Shown: one piece after another, positions 26,610-42,754 of the stretch
How the letters are laid out: each line of letters begins with the position of its first letter
How positions within the stretch are numbered: position 1 is the stretch's first letter
Origin: Ramazzottius varieornatus
Taxonomy: Eukaryota; Animalia; Tardigrada
Direction of reading: 5' to 3'
NCBI GenBank assembly: GCA_001949185.1
Contig: BDGG01000002.1
Location: 3,958,448 to 4,022,447 of the forward strand
Length of the DNA stretch: 64,000 nucleotides
Translations under genes and position numbers: made by a program
Notes under the pieces: generated by a model
The model's input: only the letters and a program-made list of their open reading frames with translations
What the model was told of the DNA's origin: nothing
Database searches by the model: none

Positions 26610-27834
26610 CTACTCCAGAGTTCCAGGTCGTTTCTTTCCTCGATGCACCATGGATATCTTTCTGTCATCGTCCACTGAATCTTCGGTAAATTCGTCTTTC
26701 TGCGTGCCATTCGCTCCGTTAGCATGGCCGTCCTCCCTTAGCGAGTCCCCGTTCGGGTCAGCCCAAGTAGAAACCCACCACCACACCAGACGAAGCGGCA
26801 ATGTGTCCAACTTCGAAAGATTCAAGTTGCTAACGTCTACCTTTTCTTCGTCTTCCAACAAGTCCGGAGCATACCTAGCACAAAAGCTGGTACACCAACG
26901 TGGGCCACTAAACTGATTTCGACAAGCTAGATGGGACGAAAATGATTTAAATATGATCGTTTTCCCAAATGACGCGCACTTTTAGCCGACACCACTGCAA
27001 ACGTGCGCCGCTTCAGATAACGATCATGTCATCCCAAACAGGTTCGGACAGTAAACCAGCTTACTGTTTCAAGAGGGCCTTGACGAAATTCTCCACTTCC
27101 TCTTCCATCTCTTCATCTTTCTGCAACTTCACAAGCTGCTTTGTGAGCTCTTCCCGCTTCTCTGCAGGTACTTCCGGTGCATATTTTCCAGCCATTTCGA
27201 CAATTTGAGCATACTTGTCGTCGTTCTTTCCCGTACTATCTCCGCTCCCATTCGTTTTATTGTCCAAAGTAGCCTTCATCAGGGTCTCCCTTCCCGTAAT
27301 CTCCAGAACGTATCCTTCGTCCCCGTATATATCAGCTGCTTCTTTAAGAAAGATGCTCTGATCCGTGTTGATCTGAATGTTGTCCACAATCAGCTCGATA
27401 TTCCTCTTCGCACACTTGTCCATAAGTCCATTGATGGAGACTGGATTCAGAAAGCTGACATGCTGTAAAGTAAGCTTGGTTAGCGGAGAGTCCTCCAGTT
27501 CATACAGCAGATACTCGTCAACGGTATCGTCCACGCTGGTCTTCAGAGCAGCACGATAATCACGGCTGATCTTCCCGAAGTGAATTTCGACGTCAGCTTC
27601 TTTGCCGTACACGAATACCTCCGTGACGTTCGGGGCAATGTCTTTCAGGAATTGTATGGCTTCTTCTAGAGGTAGCTGACTTTCGGTATCCTGGCCGAAG
27701 TCGTCTCGCAGATTCTTTGCATAGACGGTGAGGATAGATCCATCAAACGACATCCCGCTGTGAGACTCTTTCAGCCTCTTCGCTCCACTGACTGGCGTCC
27801 GGCAATCCGCATCTTCCGGCATACTCTCCGTCAT
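26610..27834 (-). CDS. Uncharacterised acidic protein, at least 2 exons
   Basis: ORF of about 257 codons from ATG 27834. A phase-2 intron (CA|gtaagc at 27064 ... gtgctag|G near 26877) joins in frame to YAPDLLEDEEKVDV... No family recognised. Confidence 0.65.
26953..27027. repeat. Degenerate palindromic dispersed element, in orphan-gene intron
   Basis: atgatcgt...gcgcac-N23-GTGCGCCGCTT...acgatcat. Confidence 0.65.
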
Positions 27835-29012
27835 CTTCACGAATTCCAGTCCGTTAGCAGCGATAGTTGTATGCCCCGGTACTCCTGACTGCCACAGTAA
27901 CGTCGACTTCGAACTTGTTTGCCAATATACTTGTGTGATCTATGTCGACCTTGTCTTGTCACGTCGTGTTATGTCATGTCATACGATGTCATGACATTAC
28001 ATACTAGGCTTACGCTCTGCTCTGGTCAAGATTCAAGAATCAAACCAAAACAAAGCCTGAGCTTAAAGCGCGCCGTGAACCATCTATGGGAAAACCTTGT
28101 TCGACGGATTTTCATGCGTTCTTTACGGGAAAAGACATGCGCACTGGCTACGGTTCGGAAGAGAGCTAGAAAGTCTGCCGTAGACGGAGCGAATGGCGAG
28201 GAGGCTGCAAGTGAGTCAGGCTCGTTCGAAGACTACTCGCCACACACGGGATGACGCCGAAGACTCGATGGAGTTGTACAGCATCTTCGCTTTGCTCGTC
28301 TCACGCCAGAACAGCTAGCTGCGGACCAATCCACGGTACGAGCAGAAATCTTACCTGAGCGAAAGCCTGAAGAGCTGGCTGTTTAGATGATAAGGGAATG
28401 TGGATCTTCATCCTTGCCTCCTTGGGGTTACCGAATCGAGCGCCTCGGTCACTTCAGGAGGAGCGCAAGCATATGGAGATCAAGAACTCTCTGTAGGCAA
28501 CGCCCGGCACACTTTGTCTGGAATATCAAGAAAGCAGCCCACTTGTATTAACTTTCGTGAACAAGAACATATAAAATAAAAGCAAATCCGCCAGAGACGA
28601 GATTTTCCGAGCAAGCTGCGAGTTGTGGTCACGGTGTAACTATTGGGAAGGTCTTCGAAGGCCCTTAGATTGCATCAACAGACTTGACTGTTTGGATCGC
28701 CGTGCATCAATCAATTGTGATATTGGGAAACAAAAAAATCTTCAGGACGAGGAAGATTTGTTTCGCTATCGTACAGTTCTGCAAGCTTCGAATTCGACAT
28801 TATCAATCAACGACCTTATTTGTTTTCCGAGTTTGATGCCGATCCAGATCCTCTCTCGCAACGTAAATTATCGTTCAGTTCTGATACCATTTTTGTTTTC
28901 CTCACACTGTTTTGAGTGGATGAAAGTTGTCTTGCGGCAAAAACAGAGGTTACTGAATGAGACTGAATCTATCCGTTAAAATTCCATTCGGTGAACTACA
29001 ATCTATCGATGA

Positions 29013-29285
29013 TTAATTCAGACAAAGTTTGGTGCCGACCAGCAAATGCTTGCAGTCAACATCAGGGTTGAACTCCTTCAGGGTAGTCGTAGCCAGCTTG
29101 TAGGTCTCGGCAATCTCGTCGCAGCTGTGACCGGGAGCTACTCGGTGCGTTAGTGTGCAGGAACTTCCGGCGACCGAGCCACGTCGCGAGTTACCACCAC
29201 GAAGCATTCCTTCCACGCTCCTTTCCATAGTCACCAAGCACATCACGAGCGCCACCAAGCACAACAATAAACCTCGAGCCATCAT
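29013..29285 (-). CDS. Secreted single LysM-domain protein (Cys-containing, fungal-type pattern), 90 aa
   Basis: Signal peptide, then CTLTHRVAPGHSCDEIAETYKLATTTLKEFNPDVDCKHLLVGTKLC, which matches LysM C-x3-(H/Y)-x-V-x2-G-x-(S/T)C-x2-IA...L-x3-NP-x3-C-x2-L-x2-G-x2-LC. Confidence 0.88.
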   Translation of the reverse strand: MMARGLLLCLVALVMCLVTMERSVEGMLRGGNSRRGSVAGSSCTLTHRVAPGHSCDEIAETYKLATTTLKEFNPDVDCKHLLVGTKLCLN

Positions 29286-29606
29286 TTCTCAGTCGAAATC
29301 TCCAATTACGAAAGTAACAGACATAAACCGATAAAGGTTCCACCTTGAAGGCTGAAGCTAATCACCAAAGTTCGGCAAGACAGACTTCAAATTCCCAGTA
29401 GGGTTTTCCCTCGCTCAAGTCACGGACTTGACGATAATTCTTGAAGTTAATCGCTATCGATTTCATCGACGGAATGATTAAAATCTGAATGAGCAAAGGT
29501 TTCAAATGATGCATCTTCCAAGAAAGCAATACTGCACACCGGAAAAAACATCGATATTAGACAGGAAAATAATTTCCAGTCTGATTCCAGTAAAACATTA
29601 TCAATG

Positions 29607-32432
<2,826 letters not shown>

Positions 32433-34105
32433 CTTTCTTCAGGTGAACGATCCTCGCTTTTCGCTTCCAAATGAGCTAGAATTCCAAGCACATCGTGGTC
32501 GACCGACTTCTGCAAAGACACGAAACGCTAAGCGGAGATCTCAACACAGGCGTATAATGCTTGCTGTCGTATCATACTGTATCACCCGACAATAAAATCG
32601 ACTGATATCAAGTCGTTGGTCTGCGTAAACTGGCCCATCCAAACGTCGTTGAATTACAAAGTAAGCTGGTATGTCCTACGGCATGGCAAGTGTGCTGTGC
32701 AAGCGAAATACCAACAAGACAGCCGCAGCCAGTGTCGTTCAATCGGCAAGGTATTCCCGCTTTATCTCCGCCTCAATCTTCCCGGCGACACGCACTGACA
32801 TGACACATAAATCGCACACTAGGGTCGTTCCTTCGAACAGGAGGAAGCCTCACGGCGAACCCATACAGCTCGTCACAGCCAGCGTTGGCACGCGAGCATC
32901 ATCCGTAGCGACAGTGAAGGGAAAGGATTCAACGTGCGAATTCCACGATGTCACTGACATCAGTGTCACGCTCTGTTCCATCTCGGGGATGTTTCATCAA
33001 GCTTCAGCCTTGAGACGACAAGCTCAATTTGTCAGAGACCTGTCAAGAAGAAATATTCGGCGTCTTTGAAAACCATAGACAGGGGGTGAAAGTACGTACT
33101 TTCGTAAGGGATCAGTGTGAATCAGCGGCGCTAATGGTCCTCCCAGTTAGATCGAAACTGTTGTTATCAGGACTACGCCAGTAGTCCTGATTATTACTAC
33201 GAATACTCAAGGAGGATATCAAGGGGATTATAGTGGCTTAAGTGCTGGATTCTGCTTATCCCTGAGGACGTAAGGGTTAAAGGACCTCGAGTAGACAAAC
33301 CAACCAAGGGGATTGCATCCGTGGCTCATCTTGTGTTTTCATCTCACCGTAGACACACATATTAGCAGACGGGATCAAGAAACAGGAATGGGTGTCGCTA
33401 CCCTAGCAGTCTTCCAGCCGGTGCGTCTTGCGAAAGCGTCGATGCCCCCCGTTCTTCAACGCCAGTAAAGTCCCTGGCATCATCCCACGCAGGTTGGCCC
33501 ACGTAATGGGTCCTGTAACTTCCGTTGAACGGTAGGCTTCTTTCACTACTTTCACATCTGAAGAAATGATATCCTAAAGGAGGGTTTTACAGTCGAAAAC
33601 TTGTAGAAGCAATCGTTCGCAAAATCGGGTGAAATAAACAGCAAGCAGGCTACCATGGATATCGATGTACCGGTAGGAAACATGGAACGGCTTGACAAAC
33701 ACACTGCGGAGGGAAAATTTGGGAGGCAGATGCAAATAATTTACCGGTACACATGCCAGCCTGATAGCAAAACTTGTCCCAAAACGGCAAAACCAAAACA
33801 AAGAACTTTACTGGACTTGCCCTGCAGCGGAACGGAGAAAAGCGCGGAAGCATGACGCCATCGTACAGCAATCCGCAGGGCTCCCACGAGCGTGTACGAG
33901 CATCCGTTCCGGATTTCGGTTTGATGGAAAGATCCGTCGAAGCGGAAGTCACGGAATTACTCCAGTTAGGCTTCAAATAATTATTTTGATTTCTTTTTTT
34001 CGATTTTGCTGTTTGCATTTCTGGTCCTATACCGCTGTGCTGGATCGATCGGATGCTCTCATTAGTAGGATTCTCTAAAGGATTCTCTAAAGGACTGAAG
34101 GTTCA

Positions 34106-36853
34106 ATGTTCAACCAGGCACTTGGTTTTCTCAAGAAGATGTCGGGCAATGCAGCGGACGAAGGTATCGAGGAGGAGGAAGGATCCGGATCAGCTGGTCC
34201 AAGCGGTGGCCAACCCGGACACCACAATGTCATCCCCATCGATATGGAGATGGGTTACGACGGAAATGGACAAGACTGGGATGGCGAGGAGTATATGGAC
34301 GATGACACCTTCCAGAACGCTGGCGACGAGATGGCTGGCTGGTCGCACATGCATGACAGGCCCAGCTTGCCAGACTTGGGAGCTGCCGCGGGCCTCTTCA
34401 AGGAATCTCTGGCTGACTCTTTAGCGGTGGCTACTCCTGCCCAGCTGTCTTTCACGGTGGACAACCCGAACTTGGTAAGTCGGAATATGTTCGCATTGGC
34501 GGGCGAGAAGATGGTGCGCTTTCGATACTGACAGATCATCGGTGACTCCAATCAACCTCAGTTATATTGACTGGTTCCCGGTCCTTGCAGAGTTGCTCGT
34601 GACGTAATCAATTTTCTACTGTGGTTAGTTTAGGTCGAGGCTGTTTGTCAACTGTACGTTGATGACGTAGTGGGCAAGCTAGCAATTTGTCAAATCTTAA
34701 TTATCGCTTGTTCAGTTGTTCTTATGTCGTGTGGCTCCGCTAAAGTCTAAATGAGCATCCTAGCTTTACCGTTGCTTTATACCTTTGTTGAACGACTTGG
34801 TGCTTTGTATTTGTAGGACCTAGACGCTTTCATTAGTCCATACACGGGCATGATCAAGACCCTGCGTCTTCAGCACATCGCAAAGCACTGTCCACAGCTT
34901 CGCGTGGAGGCACTGAAGATTGCCCTCAAGAACATTGTGGCTGCATCGCAGGCGACCGGAATGTACACGAAGCTTTACGAGGAACTGAGCGCTGCCATAC
35001 AGTAAGCAAGAAAGTCTACCACATTACATGAATGTGTGATGCGTGAAATGAACGTCAGGAACTCCGTCTCTTAACAGGTCTGGCTTGAAAGGAGAAGATG
35101 GCGATGCGACGCTTCCTCCTTTCGACGAAACCTGGGTGAAAGAAACCAAGCGCAACCACGATGCCAAGATGGAAAAGCTGGAGCATGACCTAAAGAACTA
35201 CAAAGCTAACTCGATCAAGGAAAGCATTCGGTAAGACTCCATTTGGGTGTCTTACATTCGCCCTCGCCGGTATATGCGTAATTCTTGCGATTTCTCTCCT
35301 CTCTTCAGACGAGGACATGACGAGATTGCCTACCACTACCTAGCAGGAGGCGATGCAGCCAGCGCTCTCCGATCCTTCAACAATTCGCGAGACTATGCCG
35401 AAGGTCCGAAGGAACAAGCGCAGCTCCTGGCGAACCGTCTCCGAGTACGTAACTGTTTCACGATTACATTAGCCGATATAGAGTATTAGAATATTAATTC
35501 CATTGGTCTCTATCCAGATGTTACAACTGCTGTATCCCAAGTCTGTCTGCTTTTTTGCCGCAGGCTTGTGTGTACATGCAGCACTTTCAGAACCCCATCC
35601 AACTGACTGATCAGATGCGCGAGTTGGAATCATCACTGGAACGAGCCGTAATTCGTAGAGAATATTTACCAAAACGCTATTAGTTTCTTTGGTGATGTAG
35701 TGTGTTGCCTTTGTAGAATGCCGCAGCGGTGAAGGAAGCAAAAGCGAAAGACAAGGAAAATAACGGCAACGTTTTCATCGCTAACGCCGTCGTGGCGACC
35801 GACAAAGGACTGGAGCAGTCGTGGAACTTGGTGCGAGCCTGTATGGCCGTCTACCGAATGTCATCTGGCAGCTACAAGGATGCTGCTGACTTGTTCACTT
35901 CACTGGTTCCAGAAGCGTGTGATTTCCCTATGGTATTGTTTGATCGTATAATCATAAAGTCTTTGTGTTCGACCGAAAGTGATTATGTACTGTCATGAGT
36001 AGTTCTGTAGGTGATCGTTGGACGAGACATTGCAGTTTACGGAACCTTGTGCGCCTTGGCTGCCTACGATCGTCAGACCCTCAAAGACAAGGTTATCAAT
36101 AACAAGTAAGTCAAGCCTGATTTTCCTTCCGGTGGGTTTCGGATGGGATGAGACGGGATGGGTTGTTTTCGTTGTAGAAACTTCAAAAGCTTCCTGGAAA
36201 ATGCTCCGGAAATCCGAAACTTGATCGAAAATTTCCATAAGTCTAAGTTTCGACAGTTCCTCCAAGCTTTCGAAGAGCAACGCGTAAGATTGCAAAACGC
36301 ATTCTGTTGGTTCGAAAGCGATCTCGGATAAAGTTTCAACGTTGGGTTTGAAAATCGGTGTTTTGATAGAATACCCTTCTTCTGGACCTGTTGTTCGCCT
36401 CGCACGTTGAGCCAGTCTTTCGGCTGATTCGACAACGTGGCATCGTTGAGTACTTTCGCTGCTATGCCAGTGTCACTCTTGCTGAAATGGCCCAAGAGTT
36501 TCGTTACACCGTAGCGGAACTGCAAGAGGAACTGGTCAAGATGATCCTCGGGAACCAGCTGCCGGCTCGCATTGACTCGCTGCAGCAAGTACTGAACCGC
36601 GACACACCGAACACGTTCCTGGAGACGGCGTCCAAAATTCAGCATGATCTCAGTGTCCTTCAGAATAACCTTCACTTCTGCCTGCTACGCTCTACTTTGA
36701 TGCGAGCCGATGTTCAAGTCAAGGTGCGCATTTCTTGCATTATCCAATAAAGTTATGATCAATTTATCATGTAAGCACTTGACGTCGTTTTTTTGTTTTT
36801 TGTAAATATAGTCGCCGAAGGAAGAAGGCTTCATGCCTGGATTTTATGGATAG
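34106..36853 (+). CDS. GPS1: COP9 signalosome subunit 1 (PCI domain), multi-exon
   Basis: [63 protein letters not shown]...LPARIDS; last exon ends GFYG* at 36853. Confidence 0.93.
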
Positions 36854-37455
36854 AACTCAAGATACGCTTGGTCATGATTCGGAACGACACTCGTCCTAGT
36901 ACCAACCGGAAGCGAAGTTTGCTTTGATACTACGGTAGAATTTTACTTCTAACGGCGTATATCATGTGGTTCGAGATTTTTATGCAAAGGGTTTTTGGTT
37001 TTTCTTCAGCTGTTTCTATTATATTGATATACAGCGTCATCTACATGGTTTAGTGTCGAGCTCCATGATCGAGGCTTTTGGTTTTCCAGAGCTACGAGCC
37101 TACGACGTTATAAAAACTCGCGGCTTTCGTTCACGCGCATTTCCTCGTGGTTGGCGAGGATTTTACGCTGCTATGTCTCAAGATACTTTCTTCTGGGAAG
37201 TGAGCTTCCGACCACGAGGCATACGTCTGAGGTGCATAACATTCCAGTATTGTCGACGATTTTTCGACCTCTGCAAGTCGGCAGACTTTTCACGCAACAG
37301 GTTAAAGTGAACGATGGGCACAGTAAACCAATCAAACCCACAACCTCACTTGCTGCACTCACTTTCTCATGATTTCTGCTGATTTCTCGCTGTCCAGCTG
37401 AAAAAAGCTACTAGATACCGTTCACTGTGATCTGCAGGAGCTCTGACATTTATCC

Positions 37456-39148
37456 ATGGGTGATTCTGGGTCGAGAAATAATGTGGAAGATGCAGCGGAA
37501 TCGTACACGGCAGCGAGCAAAGGGGCCACTTCCGGTGAAGAAAACTACGCGGGACGAGCGATTGTTAAGGGATACGACTTTTCGGACGACAAGGTGGATT
37601 ACGATAAACTGTTCACCGGTTTTCACACCACAGGATTCCAAGCGACATTCTTCGCCCAGGCAGTGGATGAGATCAACAAGATGGTATGCTTGTAACTCCA
37701 AATTTCCGTCAGCTGTTTTGTACGTTGCTCCGCTCACCTTGTCCTCTCTCAGATTACCTGCAAACTTTGTCCCAAGCCTGCAGACAAAACCCTCGCCAAG
37801 ACCAACTGTACGATATTCCTAGGCTATACCTCTAATATGATATCCTGTGGTGTCCGGGAGACGATCCGATTCCTCGTGAAGCACAAAATGGTAAGATGAA
37901 AACAATAATAGTGTGATTGTGAAATCACGCATGACGTCGTGTACATGTTTTCCTGGCCTGATTGATTTGCCAGCCACGCTTTTCATGGACGAACATCACC
38001 GACCTGTATTCCACGGGAAGTTCATGGTTTTGCTTTCTTGCAGGTTGACTGCATCGTTACCACTGCTGGCGGTATCGAAGAGGACTTCATGAAGTGTTTC
38101 TCGCCTACATACCTTAGTTCTTTCGGCGCATCCGGAGCCGAGCTAAGGAGAAAGCAGATCAATAGGATAGGGAATCTCTGCATACCAACCAAGAACTACT
38201 GCCAGCTGGAAGACTGGATCATGCCGATTTTAAGTCAAATGTTGAAGGAGCAAAAGGAACAAGTAAGGTAGAGCACATCTCAGTTTCTTGCCAATGTTGG
38301 GCCTTGTTGGATCTTATTTCACTAAGCTTTTCTCTCATCAAGGGTGTGCTGTGGACACCAAGCCGGTTGATCAATCGTCTGGGAAAAGAAATCAACAACC
38401 CTGAGAGCGTATATTACTGGGCGTGGAAGGTGAAGTACCCACAATGTCCTTTTTCTTCTTTGATACCTTCGGAGAGGTTTTGTAATACGCTGAAATCTGC
38501 AGAACGACATTCCAGTCTTCAGTCCGGCCTTGACAGACGGAGGTATCGGTGATATGCTGTATTTTCATTCCTACAAGGAACCCGGACTCGTGCTGGACAT
38601 TATACAAGGTACACTAGAGCTCCTCCCGTCTACTCTGAGTGGCATTTACCACATTTAGACTGTTGAACGCGTGGGTATTTGTTGTCGGTAGATGTGAGGG
38701 AGTTGAATCTTCTTGCCACGTATGCAGTCAATTCCGGAATGATCATTTTGGGTGGAGGATTGATAAAGCACCACATTTGCAACGCGAATTTGATGGTACG
38801 TGGCTTATGATTCCTTCTACTTTGGACTGCGTAATGCGGAAATTAGTTTGTTGGTTGTCTGCAGAGAAACGGTGCCGATTTTTCTGTGTTTGTCAACACT
38901 GCGCACGAGTTCGACGGTAGTGACTCTGGAGCTCGACCGGACGAAGCTGTCTCTTGGGGCAAAATCAAGATCGAAGCAACCCCAGTGAAGGTATGTAAAT
39001 GTCTTCTTTCCCCCTAGCCTGAAGTGCGCCTCTTGAATACTGTAAAACACTGCTTTTGCAGGTCTGCGCCGATGCTTCGTTCGTTTTTCCGTTGCTTGTT
39101 TCCCGGACGTTTGCCACCATACCTTGTAAAAGCTTCCTAGAAATCTGA
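37456..39148 (+). CDS. DHPS: Deoxyhypusine synthase, multi-exon
   Basis: [70 protein letters not shown] (catalytic Lys); ends ...SFLEI*. Confidence 0.96.
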
Positions 39149-40036
39149 TTATGTACGCTTTTCTTGCTGGTGCCGCGAGGTGCCTTCCAGGTTTAGCTCG
39201 TCGGGAATTTACTGAACTTTTGGCTGTGGTCAAGGTTCCTCGAAAGTCTGGGGTCATAGCGTAGAGGCACAGCTGATGGAATTTGAGAAGGGCAAAAGAA
39301 GGTTTCGGGGTTTTCTTGAAAATTCTCGGCCTCCACTGGCTTCACATGGCAAGCCCCGACCCCTACCATTGGGCTACCCTGCCCCCTGCCAAATTTCCTC
39401 GACTATGCCTCGTACGCCGTGACCCCAGACTTCTGAGGAACTTTGCCCAGACTCTCTTTATTGTCTTGTCAGTTGAAGACTTTTATTTCGAACTACACAG
39501 GAGGACGTCTTGACAGAAGTAATTCAAATACACGTCGATGTCGATCGAAACCCGATGTGTCCGTCAGAAACACACTAATCGGAGAGGAGAAAGCGAATAA
39601 AGCTATCTTCCAACCGTAATCAATCCAACCTACCGCCGATACTCTTCACGAATCATGAATTGCGATAGATAGACATGACAGAGACTTATCTTCTCACTGG
39701 TAGAAGTTCGACTGTCTTAATGTCCTCACCAAAGAGCTTAGGCATGGGACCATCTTTGAAGTGCTCGTTCGCGTTTAAAATGCCATCGAAATGAGAAAAC
39801 ACTTGAAAATCGAATGGATCGAAACAAAAGGCGAACGGCGCCCTGGGCGCTTGTCACCAGCCGTTCCGCTCGTTCGCTTGGTCAGTATTGCAAAATCGCC
39901 TTGGGCCGAGCGATGCGACAATCCATTCTTTTATTGTTATAGCCAGGCAGGTCTTAAGTCCTACCTGCTTGGATGAGACCAGTAGGACCACGAAGATTCT
40001 GAGCGGAGCGGGACGGTAAAAGTTGCTGGCCTACCT

Positions 40037-40429
40037 GTCCACTGATGTGCTGCTGAAGCGCGCGTCTGTCGGAGCATGGCAAGCTAAAACGTGCAAAATT
40101 AAAATGGTATGCCATAAATATACCGGAGCCAGGTCTCGTATATAAGAAACCTTGGCATCGAATCCCGGTAGAGGTGCTTTTTCAAATATCGATCTAACAG
40201 GTGCAGTCAATCAATCGGAGTGTGGTTTTGTTTCTTTTTCATACCCAAGCTGCGGTGAAGGTTGATTGAATGATATTACTTTCCGGTCAGATTAACAATC
40301 TGGTACGTCACATAATGGTTACGTCTTAACTAAAGTCTGCCCCGCATTATGCTTTGACGCATGACGTCAAGGATAGTTTACGGCGTCCTTCCTTCCAGCA
40401 ACGTGCGCTTCAGCAGCACATCAGTGGAC
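40037..40429. mobile_element. MITE-like element with 25-bp perfect terminal inverted repeats
   Basis: gtccactgatgtgctgctgaagcgc (40037-40061) and its exact reverse complement (40405-40429), flanked by ct on both sides; non-coding interior. Confidence 0.7.
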
Positions 40430-40585
40430 CTGTCTGAGTTCAAATTTCAATTTCGGTATAAACTTTGATCGTTTTCAAGTTGAGCAGCGACTTCTCTCAG
40501 ACTCAGACTCCGGCCTGAGGAATTCATCGTCGACAACAGCCACGTTTCCGGTGGCGTTGCACAGTGTATTGTCCACGCAACAAGC

Positions 40586-42708
40586 ATGCCCGAACTCCGA
40601 GAAGGACCTTCCGTTTGCGTCTCGCCGACTATCTGGGAGAAGAATGTGGACATCGTCACGCTCGTCAACGAGAAGATTGGCGCGAAAAAAACGAAGGAAC
40701 TGGGATTTTGCAAAGTAAGTTTGTTCGCTGCAAGTGTTATCTAAACGCTGAGATATTTTTTAGGTAGTGACGAAGGGCTGGAACGACACCTTTTTCGACA
40801 AATATGTGAAAGAGCCGGTCGAGAGCGGCGAGTTTGGAAATATCGAATATGGCGCACACAACATGTCTCGGTTCACCGTCCACGAAAGCCAGGTGCATCC
40901 AGACTGGCGAGAATCTCATGAGCCGGATCATTACAGAAACCTCTTGAAGGGGACGATGAAGAAACTGTTTGCAAAGTTTCGAGATGAATGGTAAGGCGAA
41001 ACTCTGCTGAAATTTGGATATACAATAAATGTTGTTGTAACGTTGATATCAGCAGCTGAAGAAAGACTGGTGCGCTTGCTGAATATAATACAGCGTGGTG
41101 ACCTCATGCGGCTTTATCGTATCCAGCTGGATAAGTTGATTCAGTGCGGTTCACAGTTTCCGGTCCGTAAATTTTTGCAACTATTAAGCCAAGCAGAATT
41201 TCTTGACTTGTTATCGCGCCTGGTATGGACGCAATAAGAAGAAGCGACCCACTTTTGGAGGAACGAGTTAATTTCTTTGCGTGATTTCGTTAAAGCTTGC
41301 TTTGATTTGTAGGAACACAGAAGAGAACTTGGCGATCGGTAAAAAGCTGGAAGAAAGGGATTACTACGCTGCCGAAAATATGCAAGATATCGTCAAGGGT
41401 AGGAACGTGCAATACGGGGAGATGTATGGAGGCCTATTGAACGAAAGTCCGGTACAGCTACCAAGAGCAGAGAAGAAAGTTGGCGATCTGTCCCTTCCGC
41501 TGAACATCCTCCACCTCTGTCTGCGCTTCCAAATTCTTCTTCACAACTACGTCGCAGCCAGCGGCATCTCCAGCCTCTGGACATATGTATTCGGCCCTTG
41601 GAGCGGGACACTGCTCCATGTGGAAGACGCTTTCCTGACATCGGTCAACCTGAACCTCGGACCTGGGACGAAACTGTGGTACTTTGTCCCGCGGTCTTAT
41701 TTCAAGCAGCTCCAAGAATATTATGCTCGTAAGCATTTTGGAAAGTACCTTAGCAGTTCTTTTCGTCAGCTGAATATATTCTTTCAGGTATGGGGAGGAA
41801 CATGAAGAATGGCAACTGCTACCATCACTTCCAACACAAGTCCTTCGCCCCAACTTACAAGGCTCTTCTCAAAGAAGGCATCCCCGTGTACTACCTTGTA
41901 CAACGACCCGGTGACTTGATCGTAGTGGAAGGTTGTGTGGCCCACGAAGTGGTCAACTGGGGCTACGGATTTTCTCAAGCGACGAACCTTCTGACACCGA
42001 GCTGGATCCACGTCGCACAAGCTGGCATTCGTCTCCGCATGGACTGTGTAAGGAGCAACTGGAAATATATCTAATGAAAATTTCAGTTTCGACAACTGGA
42101 AATCTGAGAAATAAACCTGGGTATTTTACCCAGGTTTATTACTCAAGTGGCGCACGCTTCCAGCTGACAACAATGAAAGTGTGCGCCACTTGAAACAGCG
42201 GTCTGCATGAAATCACTTGCTGATGTCTCAAATATTCCAATGTTTGCCCTTTTCACAGTGCAAGATGTTCTACGAGGATCCCCTCAGCCACACGGTGACG
42301 CTCCGTCTCGCCGCACTGTACAGGCGCCTTATGGCCAGAAATGTGCCGAAGTCCGTAGTAGCGGATATGGATATGGAAGCCGCAGCGCGGATAGACAGCC
42401 CGTGGATGTTCCTCAACAAGAATCTGAGGAGACAGGGGCTAACTGCTATCGACTTTGGCGAGCCCGTCTTGGACTCCGACTTGGCGGAAGAGCGTGCCGG
42501 ATCGTTCAAGGTGGCTGCTGAAGACATCTACGACGACAAAGACGTCGTCGAGGATGAGAAGGAGCGCCCAGCTGCGGCGAAGGCTCTGGCGATCAAAGAC
42601 ATTTCGAACGAACTAGCGACTGAGTACGAGCCCATCGAAATTCTGACGTACCCCCTTCGAAGAAAACGAAGACAGCTGCAGGTGGCTCAACAGCGAAAGA
42701 AGCAGTAA
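40586..42708 (+). CDS. Short JmjN+JmjC histone demethylase (KDM4/JMJD2-like, divergent), multi-exon
   Basis: JmjN-like ...LGFCK|VVTKGW. JmjC: YVFGPWSGTLLHVEDAFLTSVNL, TKLWYFVP, CYHHFQHK, QRPGDLIV, AHEVVNWG, QATN. The H-x-E...H iron triad is intact. Confidence 0.85.
42145..42191. repeat. Palindromic dispersed element (core), in KDM4-like intron
   Basis: Perfect AAGTGGCGCAC-N25-GTGCGCCACTT. Confidence 0.85.
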
Positions 42709-42754
42709 GGTGGACCGAGTCGTTCTTTTTTAACTTTATTTTTCGTATTGGGAC

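Noticed and set aside
34100-34112. IR1-like ggttcaatgttca at the CSN1 start, and aggtcaatgttga in GSTO2
   Set aside because: Poor second half-sites overlapping coding sequence; treated as background for the HR3 cluster.
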